NCBI RefSeq assembly: GCF_006345805.1
Contig: NC_042998.1
Coordinates: 109,802,001 to 109,866,000, forward strand
Length of the DNA: 64,000 nt
Direction: 5' to 3'
DNA from: Octopus sinensis
Taxonomy: Eukaryota
This document shows positions 1 through 12,219 of this stretch, piece by piece. Each line of letters begins with the position of its first letter. Within the stretch, counting starts at the first letter, position 1. The notes beneath the pieces were generated by a model. It was not told the origin of the DNA, ran no database searches, and was given only the letters and a program-made list of their open reading frames with translations. The position numbers and the translations under genes were made by a program.

Positions 1-1687
1 CCTGGCATGCAGGAAAAAATGTTCACATGAAGTTTGGTGTGCCAATGATTTGGCGTGAGAAGAAACTTCACTCTAATAATTGCTATTTCTGCCACCATGA
101 TTTTACAGGCTGTACTACAGCAAAGAAAAAGAAACACATTGTTTATCTAAATTTGCACTCAGCAATGCGCCCAATAGATCATTTAGAAAATTTTCCTGTG
201 CCCAGAATTCCAGATCGAGAAATACAGAGTTCTAGCAGTGCTGATGAACATTCCAGTGGTGAATGTGTGGAGCCCAATGATCCAGAAAGCAAGAATAAAC
301 CAATACCATTTTCTCAAGAGGCTCTAAATGACTTGTGCAGGGATCTCTATTTAGCCAAAGAGAAAAGTGAGTCCTGGCATCAAGGCTTCAAGAACGTAAT
401 CTTCTTGAGAAAGGAGTGAAGATGACACTGTACAGAAAACGTACAGACGATCTGCATGCATTATTTACCATGAAGGATGACATGCTTTTGTAATGACATC
501 ACTGAACTTTTTGAGCGACTGGAAATACCATGATAAAACCAACTGGCGAATTTTCATAGATGCATCCAAAGACAGCATCAAAGCTGTTCTGCTACTCAAT
601 GGTAACACTCTGCCTTCTGTTCTCATAGCTTATAGTACAACCATGAAAATATGAAAATCTGAAAGCAATTCTAACAAGCATACAGTATGATGACCATACC
701 TGGCATATTTGTGCAGATTTTAAGGTTCTGGCCATGCATACTGGCCTTCAGCTTGGCTATACTAAATTTTGCTGCTTCCTGTGCTTATGGAATTCCAGAG
801 CAAGAGCTGCACATTATGTACGCAAGGATTGGCCGATCCAAGATGAAATTGAGCAAGGAAAACGCAACATCATGCACAAACCACGTGTGAAAAGTGAGAG
901 AATTTTTTTACCACCTTTGCATATTAACTTGGTTTGTTTAAGCAATTTGTGAAAGCCTTGGACATCTTGTAGAAAAGTTCCCTTCCCTGAGTCAAGCTGA
1001 AATTAAAGAAGGTTTCTTCATAGGTCCCCAAATTCGCAAAATTGTACTTGATGAAACCTTCATCACACATTTTAAGAGAAAAGATAAGCTTGCCTCTGAG
1101 TCATTCAAGAAAGTTTGCGATAACTTCCTGCGCAACCATCGTTCAAAAGACAATGTGCAAGTTGTGAATGATCTGCTGAGTCATTATCATGATATAGGAT
1201 GTAACATGTCTCTAAAAGTTCATGTGCTTCACTCTCATTTGGATCTTTTTTGGAAAATTTTGGTGATGTGAGTGATGAATAAGGCGAAAGATTCCATCAG
1301 GATATTTCAGTGATGGAGCCACGATTCAAAGGAAAATGGAACCCTGGCACGTTGGCAGCCTCCTGTTGGGGGTATAAAAAAAGATCACACTCCTCACAAG
1401 AGGCTTAAAAGGACAAAAGTTGTTTAAACTGACAGGTGTGTTTTTAATTCATAACCAATATGTTTTGTTATACCAACAAATTTTTTTTCTTGTTTTTTTA
1501 TAACTTTCAGTATTTGCAATGTTGTGTTCAGTATGCAATAATATGCAGTATATTATAAAACAAATGGTTGGTTCATGGTACAGGAAAATGGTGCCTAATC
1601 TGGAGAAATAAAGGTCAGAATCAGAATCAGAACAATTTTTTGTACTTAACTTGTACTATTTTTGAACCTGAAATTTGTTGCACAGTG
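1..1687 (+). mobile_element. Chapaev3-like (CMC superfamily) DNA transposon, degraded transposase plus 3' terminus; 5' end outside the window
   Basis: Stitched frames give FGVPMIWRE..H..CYFC, WRIFIDASKDSIKAVLL.NGN, ICADFKV, GLQLGYTKFCCFLC.W.SR, LPPLH, GPQIR, CNMSLKVH.LHSHLD, SDE*GERFHQD, with several frameshifts and stops. The element ends ...CACAGTG followed by TTA (1688-1690), matching the GTG-3' terminus and TWA TSD I recall for Chapaev3. Transposase call is strong; subfamily call is from recall. Confidence 0.75.
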
Positions 1688-1717
1688 TTATTGAAGTCAG
1701 ATTTATTACCATTCGTT

Positions 1718-2430
1718 TTACGATGTTGCGCATGAAAAGGAGATTGTCGTAGGAATTATGCAGATTAGCGCTTTTCTGAACACGTTATTAATGGCTCGCA
1801 TGATTATCTTAGCTAAAATCTTAAACTCTGAGGTAAGCAGAATGTTGGACCAGAAAATGACAATGATGTCTCCCCATTCTTGTTGTTCTTCAGGAACCTG
1901 GTTTATAAAGTTGGGAATATTTTCAATCTTCTGTCATTTGCCTGAGGGTCGAACGGGAGTAGCATTAATCCATGAAAACTCACAGGGCAAGCCATCCTGA
2001 CCAAGTGATTTGCTTCTCACACGATCAATCAATGTTGACTGTATATCTGTTGATATGCGATAGTTTGTCATGGTAAACACTAAACCAATGGTATCCGGTC
2101 CAAAACTTCCTGCGCACAGTAATATAAAGCGCTGCTGGAAAACTGCTCATATACTGAGGTTGAACGGCATTTGCACGTTGTTGTCCGACAAAAACCGTGT
2201 GCCTTTACCATGTCGAATTTTTGCTAGTCGGTACCATCGAATTGCTTCTGTCTCCTTGTGCGTATATATCAATATATTCACCAAATTTTTCTAAACTGAA
2301 AGCAATCATGATCATTGCACATGTAGGTCTTGTAAATAATAAAAATGCAAATTCATAACCTCGGGTCTTATACGTTTTACACAACATACAGAACACGAAA
2401 CGAAGCTCTGTCTGTGTAAAACACACTAAT
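1718..2430 (-). pseudogene. Decayed spliced reading frame of unknown family (probably transposon-derived)
   Basis: One frame from 2295 to the TAA at 1718-1720 has three premature stops (2291-2293, 2147-2149, 1934-1936) and no frameshift. A 64-nt GT..AG intron (2359-2296) joins it in frame to an upstream piece (…FVFCMLCKTYKTR). Confidence 0.5.
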
Positions 2431-3207
2431 GTGGAGTGAAAGCAAACTTTTGAGTTATCTGTTATTTTATGGAGAATTAATATATTGTGTAAATCTTTAA
2501 AGAGAAAATGAAATTAGTAGCGATTAGTTAATTCTAATTTTGGATTTTATCAATATTAATATATCTTTGTTGTCGCCATGAATTCTAGCTTTAAGTCAAT
2601 TAAGGAAGACGTACAATAAATGCTGTGTTCATTACTGAATGGAAAATATTGTTGAGAACTTTTATAAACTCCTAAAATTTATGTTAGATGAGATTGTTTA
2701 TAAAATATAATTGACGAAAGGCATACTAGGGAAACTACAAAATTTGAGATAAGCTTATTATCCGCTACGAATTTTGCTATTAGAAAAAATAGCAACACTA
2801 GCAACAACATAATTAATAGCGATGCTGCTACTGATAACATTGCTTGTAGTAGTAGTGGTAGTAGTTGTTGTTGTAGTAATCAGAAGTAAAGAGATAACAT
2901 TTTCAGTACAAAAGGAAGAGCATTTATTACTTTTTCCCACACCGCTTAATTATTTCTAGTTAGATTTATTAAATACTCTTTAAATTAAATATTTTAACAC
3001 TAACATAACAAATATTCAAGTTGACCAATATAGGTGTAAACATAATATTTTCGATCTATAGGAAAAGGTAATTTTGTAAAACTAGTGCCTTCGAAAGTTG
3101 ATCGATGAGGCATGTGGAATAAGAACGCCTCTTCCAAATGAGAATCGAAGTTGGATTGCGTTACCACGAGCACGTGCAACATTGCTATAAAACCCAGATA
3201 GCAAATT

Positions 3208-3208
3208 G

Positions 3209-3268
<60 letters not shown>
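3208..3268. repeat. (TAC)n microsatellite
   Basis: Pure ctacta... run about 100 bp downstream of the CARP donor site (in transcript direction). Confidence 0.97.
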
Positions 3269-3269
<1 letters not shown>

Positions 3270-3366
3270 ATAAATGATAGAAACATGCGATTTTATTATA
3301 AACTGTTATGCAAAAAAGTTTTGTGACTATTTATCTGATTACAGACAAATGAATAATTTTTATTAC

Positions 3367-3558
3367 TTCGGCAGCAAATGATTGTCCTCCGATGGTATGC
3401 TCCGAGCCAGCATTATCGACCGTTCCAAAGTGTATTTTCAATTGGTATATCCGAAAACGATAGGAAAATGGACCTGTCAGAATAGTGATATAATTGGACG
3501 GATCTTCGCGGATAGCCATTGTTACATCACGGCCAGTATTCATTAGCATAGCATCTAT
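3367..3558 (-). CDS. CA10: CARP (CA10/CA11-like) internal exon: IDAMLMNTGRDVTMAIREDPSNYITILTGPFSYRFRIYQLKIHFGTVDNAGSEHTIGGQSFAAE
   Basis: 192 nt, phase 0/0. Acceptor ttttgacAG at 3559-3560, donor GT at 3366-3365. Motifs NTGR, GP.SY, IHFG, GSEH, F..E parallel CA10 (NTGRH...GGPMTY...LHFG...GSEH...FSGE). Overlaps ORF-track entry 3331..3549. Confidence 0.94.
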
Positions 3559-6500
3559 CTGTCAAAATATAGAATGAAAGAATGAAAAAAAAAAGAATCA
3601 GAATATTATATAGTCTAGTTTGTTATAACGTGATCCAAGGAAAGATCTATAACAAAAGAAATGAAAAAGATGTGATGAAGCTTTAACGTCGAAAAATGAA
3701 TCTGCAATTTCGTGATCGTGCAAATGATAATGTCTCAGTAGAAATATTAGTTAAGAATCATTGTAATTTTTGTGAAATGCTACCGCTTACTTATTCACAC
3801 AAACTTTCGTGTATAGATTTTCTCTGAAAAAGAAAAGAATACGAGCAAGTGAAGAATGCACGAAACTCCACAGAATATATACATTTTTGCATTGAGCGTG
3901 AGGATATAAGACAGCTGAGAACTATAATTATGTTTAATTATACTTTTCTCTCTCTTCGACGATCAGCTTTACATTAGCAGATCTGTATTTTGTCATGCTC
4001 ACACTGTTTATGGTCATTGGCTCTCTTTTAAACCGTGAAACTATTCCTGACTGAAATAAAAGCTCTGCTGTCTTAGATCTGTATTTTTCTATCAATAAAT
4101 CTGTTTAATTGAACAGTAGATTTGATATGCAATCTAAATAAGTATTGTTTGTTTTTCATGTTGCAATGAATATACTGAAGCTATCTAAAATATCGAGAAT
4201 TGGATTTAATTTCTAACTCTGAAATCTTCGATTAATTTAAGCGGTGAATTTATAGTGATCAAAGATTCAAGTAGTGATATTATCTATGTCCAATATCAAA
4301 GAAAATTGTATATATATAAAAGAAATAATATATTGCTTCTGTTTTCATACAATAATTACTTAAATTTTCGAGGATTAAGCTAGAATTATTAGAATAAGAG
4401 TTTTATATCTTATAAAGCCAGAAGTGGGTTCAGATATCCAGGACATACATTTTGGATAACTCACATATTCGTTTACATTAGGATTTACGGAGCAATGTTC
4501 GATAGATTATAAGATCAAAAAGTCCCCGCTGTGATCATCACATTTGTTTCTATTTAGCTACATTGTATTTATGATTATATTATCCAACTCAATCGATTTT
4601 CTGTGGGTAAGGTGTTATTTGATCGCAATTTTGACTGTTATTTCTAACTATCTGGTCGACCGAGGGGATATTCCTTCCTTAGTTTATAAAACAATTGTCA
4701 AGATAAGTAGAACAAGTTGAAGTAATAAATACACAGGAAAAGATATCAACGCCACATTATCTCGTTCCCATAATTTATTTCATATCGAGATCTGCTTATT
4801 CAAAACAAAATATTTCATATAAGGATATGTGTATTTATTAATGACAAACAAATAAAGTATTTATACTCCACATAAGGATATTGCATCCTTATAGGAGCGA
4901 GTATCCGACATACACAGGCTTAAAAAATCGAGCCTATCATGGAAGATGCTATGTGTTAACTCATCAACATACAAATAGCAAATTTCTCTGAAATCACTCT
5001 TAAGTGTGTTAAAAAGGAAGGACATTTTAGAAAACATAGCCTTGAAAAAAATAAAAATGGGATAATCTTTTGGTTTAGAATTAACCAAGAGCTACGCAGC
5101 GACGTTACTTACTAGTTAAGCCACCAATCTATTTACTTTCTATTTACTTGCTACCGAGTTGTGTGCTTTTTCTCTTTGGCTTATCATAATTAAAACAATG
5201 CATTTCCCGTTGAATTTGCACCCTCTTACATCAACCACTCTATTTGCCATAGATACTCAACCTCACTTTTTCGATTACTACAACCATTACTAAATTCCAA
5301 AGCAATCAAGACTTTTACCTGAATGATCTTCCTCAGAACATTCACACCAATGAAAACTATGTTCAATAGTCACAACGAACATACTCGAGTTACCTTAATA
5401 AGAATTTTATCGTAGCTTGGAAAGTGATTTGTTTAATCAACTTAAGAAAGTGTCCTTACAGAATCACAAATCATAGATTTGTTTTCGTCAATCAAGTGCT
5501 AAGGGTAGTTTTTTTGTCAATATAGAGGCGATGCAGTAATCTATCTTGCTTGGCTGATAAAATAGTTAACAGAAGTCTAACATTTCTCTTCCAAAGAAGC
5601 TTAGGCGCTAAGTAATTACACAAATGTAATTTATTTTACTTGTTACCAGATATCTAAAAAAAAGACGAAGATATAATTATTAACTGTCGAAATAAATATA
5701 TAAAATATACTGGCACACACTTTGGAAAATGAAGACTTTTAATAAGTACTCTCATTACATATTATTGAAAAAAAATATATAAAAGCCTTGCTTACATAGA
5801 AAGAAGCTGCTGTGGTTTTGGTATTTTATATAATGTAGACTTTAATATGATTGTGTATGAAAAATGCAGTAATGAAAAAGGTCGAATCTACATAGATCAC
5901 GAAGTCTTCTTTGAATTACCTTTTAGTACTTTATTCAATAGTAAGTTAGACGAATCGATACAAATATAGTTTTAAAATGTATATCCTATCTAAACATAGA
6001 GTTTCTTGAAAGGTCATGTCTTCAGGGAAACATAAATACTTTTAATAGGTACGACTGGGTAATTCAGTTTGGCAAGCAACTTAAACATTATAATTGTTAT
6101 ACTTTCACACAGTTTATCAAAAATTCTTTCATTCAGTAGCTTTCTTTTCAATGTTCAATAGAATCTGGCATCCAAGAAAGATTGATGCAAAGCTATAAGA
6201 ATATCATGTGTAATTACGGATATTCATATGAATAACAACAATTTGGAGAATAAAGTGATGGTTAAGGAAAAAATTCAACAACTAAAGAATAGACTAATAT
6301 AATGACGTAGTCAGGATAGTTTGATAAGATGATTATTATCAAAAAAGAGTCGATGGGCTATAATCATTTCTTGGTCTAATTATAGCTGGCGAATCATCAC
6401 ATCAGAAAATCACCATGTCAAAAATCAACAAATATTTATAGCTACCCAAAATAAACAACCGATAAGGGACTATGACATAAAAACACACAGTTCTCTCTAT

Positions 6501-8359
6501 AATTTGGCATCGATTTCATCACAGTAGAAGAAAATATTGATTGATTCGAAATTGAAAATGTAAATTTAACTAGTTCAGTCGGTTTTCCTATAATTGTTAC
6601 CCCAGAAATAGTCTTTAAATATTGACACGAAAGCTACAATCAATAAATGAAATCTCAAATATGCTGTGTGCAATATATGTTCTACTTTATATGAATTCTG
6701 GAAGGGTAATCGTTTGAAAAGATTATGAAATTGATTTCTTCTCTGTTCGACGTATCTCTGATAATTTTCTCTTAATATATATTAGGAGATAATTGTATGA
6801 AAGGTTTGACTCATCTCTGCTGAATCATTTCAGAAACTTGTGCAGAAAATAAAATTTCCGTAACTTATTCTTAACATCAAATAAATAAGTAGTTAGGAGA
6901 AAACCAATTCCCATTAGATACCGAAATATAAACTTTCTAAATCTAGTGTTGTATTCATAGCTCGCATATAATCATCTAGATAGATTATTAAACCTAAAAT
7001 ATAAGCCATATCTTAAAAACAACGTACCCGGAGAAGGAGGAAAATAGAATCCTAGTAAAGTACAAATCCATAAAGTATTACGATAAAAAAATTGTGTTGA
7101 TGCTCATACTTTTTATCAAAGGCATTTGTGACATAACTGAAGTGGTTACAGCTGGGATTAGAAACTTGATTGCTAAGAGGTTACTATTTTATGGAAAGTG
7201 GAAAAGTGTTCTCCACTTTCTAATAATTATTTGTTGGTATATAGCTTAATGGGAAGATGAAAGTGGGAAATTTTCATCCTTAATGTATGCGCTAATATTA
7301 ACTCACGAAATATAAATGATCCAAAGAAAATCAAAACTGAGTCGCTGTTTCTGTTCGTTGTGATTTTGCCGTCTTACAATGTGCCGACTTAAAGGCTAGT
7401 AAATATAAGGCTTTGAGCATATTTTCATTCATGAAGTTTTCTGTAGCGTCGATTTAATGAGAAAGTAGCTTATTTTGAATATAAATAATCTTGATTAACA
7501 ACGTCTAGGCAACAACATTCGATGAGGTTGATCTTTCACTTGGTGCCCTAAATGCCAGCGCTGTATAATTTAAATTTTTCTATATGAATATTTATACAAT
7601 GTTGTAATTATTTGAATGGAAGTGGGTAACGTATTGCTACAGATTGAACATATCAGATTAATTGTTGGGTCTCAGCGTAACTTTCAATTTGGTAACTCAT
7701 TTAAGTTAATTCACTGTCTTTCAAGTGCGGCTGAATGACATAGGTATTACACAACAGCCATTCATAGAAGCAAGTAAACACGAATACACACTCATATTTT
7801 CTCTCTGTATCTGTTACACGTACACCTACATAAACATACACATTTACGCACACATATTGATTTAGACTTATTAGAACTATTCAAATATTTAGTAATGAGA
7901 ATAGCATATTGCTGAAATTTACTCTTCTGTGTTTAATGGTGTATTGACATCATGTCAAAGACAGACATTAACCAAATGAATTCTCGGAAATTATCAAAGA
8001 ATTAGCAGACCGGAATATTAAATACGGTAACATTATGAATAGAAATAAGTTATTAAAATCAACTTAATTGTGTATTTAATAATGTTGTATTTTATTGAGA
8101 TAATCTATTAGGCACTATATTTCAAATGAGTTTTATCAGTGTAATGTTAAATTTGGAGATTTAAATGAACTTTTGTCAACGCGAAACTTCTTCCTTTCCA
8201 AATTCAATGTGGGTCCACAAAACTCCACGTTTAATAATTTATTCAGTGGAAGTAAATTAAATGGCGGGGTTTTATTTACAAATTTCAAGAGATGTCATAA
8301 ACAAAGTATATCAAAATTCGATGGGTTTTAATATTGAGATATAGAAAACATGAACTTAC

Positions 8360-8496
8360 TCGCTTCTTTTCCATTTTAAATGGCCTTAAGTTCGGATCAT
8401 ATACTAATGATCTCGGATCAATATCAACTGGTGACTGTTGCTTGCCTTTTTCACATAACGTCCAATCAGGGTTGATTTTCCCCCAGTACTCTGGAC
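8360..8496 (-). CDS. CA10: Carbonic anhydrase-related protein (CARP, CA10/CA11-like), internal exon: (G)PEYWGKINPDWTLCEKGKQQSPVDIDPRSLVYDPNLRPFKMEKKR
   Basis: Manual minus-strand translation gives the alpha-CA N-terminal motif WG..N..W.LC..G..QSP(V/I)DI. Acceptor ...tgtacAG at 8497-8498, donor GTAAGT at 8359-8354. 137 nt, phase 1 to phase 0, joins the next exon in frame. Not in the ORF track. The symbol is a family-level (CA10-like) call. Confidence 0.93.
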
Positions 8497-8518
8497 CTGT
8501 ACAAATAAGAATATTATA

Positions 8519-8547
8519 TTGATAATCATTTATTATTGTTATTGTTG

Positions 8548-8591
<44 letters not shown>

Positions 8592-8653
8592 GTTGTTGTT
8601 GTTGTTGTTGTAGTTGCTATTATTGTTGTTGTTGTTGTTATTATTATTGTTGC

Positions 8654-8694
<41 letters not shown>

Positions 8695-8716
8695 TATTAT
8701 TATTATTATTATTATT
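8519..8716. repeat. Compound (TAT)n/(TGT)n microsatellite
   Basis: Alternating tat/tgt tracts directly upstream (in transcript direction) of the CARP acceptor at 8497. Confidence 0.97.
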
Positions 8717-9464
8717 GCGTCTTTTTACGGCACTATCGAGTTGAACTTTCTGCGACTTACTTTCTATAATATTGAAAGTATTCTTTTAGGTTTCGCGTCT
8801 TCTATTGTATTGAAAGTCCCCTATATAATGGGTGCAGTTTTCTGTTTGATGTGGAAATGTATTAGTCCTCGGTTTTTGTTTGCATTTTTAAAAACATTTC
8901 CGCCAATTATTATAGGGAATTATTCTTGTTTTCAATTAACACACTCTTCATCGCAATTTCCAAATCGATATACTTGTACAGTTTATTATCATGTATTACC
9001 CATTGCTTCAGAAATAAATCGAGTGTTATTTCTTTAATAAGATTTTGGTTCTTTACGGAAAAAAACATGCAAGCACGTTCACTTTTGATTAAGATGTTCA
9101 AAGCGAACAAATGCCATGTGACAATGGTCCTAACAATATTTAAGGGTTCTAGCATTGCTATCTTTCGTTATTATCAGTGTGAAAATATTCTACAAAGATA
9201 GTCATATTACTTTGAAAAATAAATAATCAGTGGTAATTCTAACACACAATAGTTTATAAAAAGACAAGTCATTCTACAGTTGTTCTATTTTGATAAGAAC
9301 ATTCAAGATTTGATTTGAGGATATTATTTGGAATTCAAAATAACCTATAACAAGACCTTAAACCCTATTTTCTGCTACAAGCTTCTTGAAACATTTACTT
9401 CACATCATGCTCAAAGCACTCTTTAGCTCGTGCTTGACTATCTTCTTCACATCATAGGTAAAAA

Positions 9465-9695
9465 GTGAAGTTACCTTCTCGAGTCATACCGACTCATAAG
9501 GGCTGTTTTTCCGGTTTCATGGCGTATATATTCCCCATCTGGATGGGACGCCGGTCCGTCGTAGAATTACTGATTTTTGTCAGCTGAGCAACGTGAAATG
9601 AAGTGTTTGCTCAAGAACACAACGCATCGCCCGCTTCAGGAATCAAAACCACAATCTTACGAGTCCAATACCCTAACTACTAAGCCATGTGCCTA
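9465..9695 (-). mobile_element. tRNA-derived SINE (family C) with RTE-like 3' tail
   Basis: Minus strand has an A-box-like TGGCTTAGTAGTTAG, a B-box-like GTTTTGATTCC, a central gttgtgttcttgagcaaacactt-catttcacgttgctc shared with 62101-62431, and a tail stem-loop GAGTCGGTATGACTC. Confidence 0.75.
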
Positions 9696-11074
9696 CACTC
9701 CTTCACACACATCATGCTTAATAAGCTGATTCAAAATAGATTTAAACGTAAAATACGGCTTGAGAAACACACCAAGACACTTATTCCATAAAATAAGATT
9801 ACAATATTATTATACGTACATTTTATTTATAGTGATGGTTATAGTTATTGCAAACTGAGAAATATAGTAAAACAATCAAACCAACTAACAATATTTTTAA
9901 ACACTTAAAATATATTTCGTTACATGGGTCAAACTAAGAAACATTCTTTTCCACTTTGTTTCATTAACCAGTAGATTTATTTCGTTTCCATGTGTTTTTA
10001 GTATTGTTGTATAGCTACCAGGAAAGCCTTCTTTGAGCCGATCTATTATGAAAATATTTTTCTAGACGTGCATATCCAGTGTTTTATTCAGACATTAGTA
10101 ATTTTAACTCTTTAACTAGCTTAAAAAGATAGTGTATGGTTTGATGAAGATTTCGTTCCTATTTCTAATAGACCAAAGGGCCACTTAAAGTTTCTCCCAT
10201 TTTCTAGTCTATTTCTTATTTCAACTATCATTTATTCTTGTTATGTTATTGTAAATTATATGAATTTTACGAAATATTTCAAGCTTCAATGTATGCATGT
10301 ATGTATGCAAGTATGTGTATATATGTACATGACTGCAATTTATATATGACTTCCTAATATAAATATTGTTATTGTAAAAGCATTTACTTCTCTATAATAG
10401 TATTAGAAGATAATATAGTTAGTAATATATCAAATTAATTTAAATACATAATGTCATGTCCAAAGGATTAGAGTGTGAAATCAGACGGAGCTTTAAAATT
10501 AGCTTAGTAGAACTTTGGGTAGTTTATGTATTTTAGCATATATATATAACAAAATTGATGGGAAAATTCTCTAATAATATTAAATAAACTGCAAAACTAA
10601 CTATCTTCTCGAATAAGGCTTCACAACCAAAGTGTCGTATGCTCTTCAACTAACTGTTGCTTTAAATAATTATATACATACAAGTAAATAACTGAAAAGT
10701 TTTGCTTGGAATACAGTGCGAAAACAAAGTCTCTGTGAAAAGGTTTTTGTAAAGATAGGTGAGTAGAATGTGACTAATTTCCTCAAAGAAAATACTACTG
10801 TATGTTTTCACTTAACACTGTGACAACTTCTAATGTTAGTAATCATGCTGGAGATTTACTAACGATAGCAATGATTATTTTTTTGTTCTCAGCTCGACAA
10901 GCAGACGCCAAACTTTTAAAAAACTTACTGTATTTAGTATATAGTAGTAACATCTCCCGAATAAAATGTCAAAGATATATACCTACCTATCTACCTACAT
11001 ACTTACATACACACAAACCCGCGCACACACACATATACGCATAAACACATACATTTATAAATGGTTTGATATTT

Positions 11075-11125
11075 ATATGTATAGATATGTATATATATAT
11101 GTATATGTTTACATATATATGTATA

Positions 11126-11177
<52 letters not shown>

Positions 11178-11233
11178 TATACATATATATATATATGTAT
11201 ACATATCCATATATGTGTGTGTGTATGTATTTA

Positions 11234-11285
<52 letters not shown>

Positions 11286-11335
11286 ATATATATATATATA
11301 CACTCATATGCATATGTATATATATATTATTTATA
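11075..11335. repeat. (TA)n-rich compound microsatellite
   Basis: Visible directly; source of the YIYI ORFs. Confidence 0.95.
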
Positions 11336-11723
11336 AATGCATAATTAGACAGTATTTGGATTCATATTCGCGTTTGTGAAAGAGCGCTGAGGGAACGATA
11401 TTTTGCAAAGTGAAAGAATATAATAGTTAACATAAATAGGAATAAAATAGTAACTTATAAGACACAAATGACGAAGTTGGGGATTTTGGATAATGTAACT
11501 ATCAGACATGGAGAAGTAAAGGAAAGAAATGATTTTAGCCAAAGAATAATAAGTTAAAAGAAGATATAGGCTGAGGAGAGTTATTAGCTTTGATTCATAA
11601 TTTGTTAAAATCATTCTTGCTAAGTATCATTTTAAAATGTTAGAATATGACTCATTGTAATTAAGTAATGTAATAGTAGACAATATGGGCTAAGTATTAT
11701 GCCAGAAAGTAAGGATTACTAAA

Positions 11724-12137
11724 GGTGGTGAGCTGGCAGAAATCTTAGCACGTCGGGCGAAATGCTTAGCGGTATTTTATCTGCGCTACGTTCTGAGTTC
11801 AAATTCCGCCGAGGTCGACTTTGCGTTTCAACCTTTCGGGGTCGATTAAATAAGTACCAATTACGCACTGGGGTCGATATAATCGACTTAATCCGTTTGG
11901 CTGTCCTTGTTTGTTCCCTCTGTGTTTAGCCTCGTGTGGGTAGTAAAGAAATAGGCATTTCGTCTGTCGCTACGTTCTGAGTTCAAATTCCGCCGAGGCC
12001 GATTTTGCCTTTCATCCTTTCGGGGTCGATAAATTAAGTACCAGTTACGCACTGGGGTCGATTTAATCGACTTAATCCCTTTGTCTGTCCGTGTTTGTCC
12101 CCTATATGTTTAGCCCCTTGGGGGCAATAAAGAAATA
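11724..12137 (+). mobile_element. Head-to-tail dimer of a tRNA-derived SINE (family B), second unit 5'-truncated
   Basis: Two copies of ...ctacgttctgagttcaaattccgccgagg...ggggtcgat...taagtacca.ttacgcactggggtcgat..aatcgacttaatcc (11724-11952 and 11953-12137). B-box GAGTTCAAATTCC. Flanked by a 16-bp direct repeat with 1 mismatch (11704-11719 / 12138-12153). Confidence 0.85.
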
Positions 12138-12219
12138 AGAAAGTAAGAATTACATATCGTCTGCGACCGCATCATGGTATAATAACAATATTATCATTTG
12201 GCTGAAGTTCTAACTATTT

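Noticed and set aside
3000-3190. Possible next CARP exon
   Set aside because: No frame gives the expected (I/V)QL..YN..LY segment; the phase-0 reading after tatAG hits a stop within 8 codons.
8519-9037. 172-aa Tyr/Cys-rich ORF
   Set aside because: It arises from the (TAT/TGT)n tract plus AT-rich sequence, immediately antisense-adjacent to the CARP exon.
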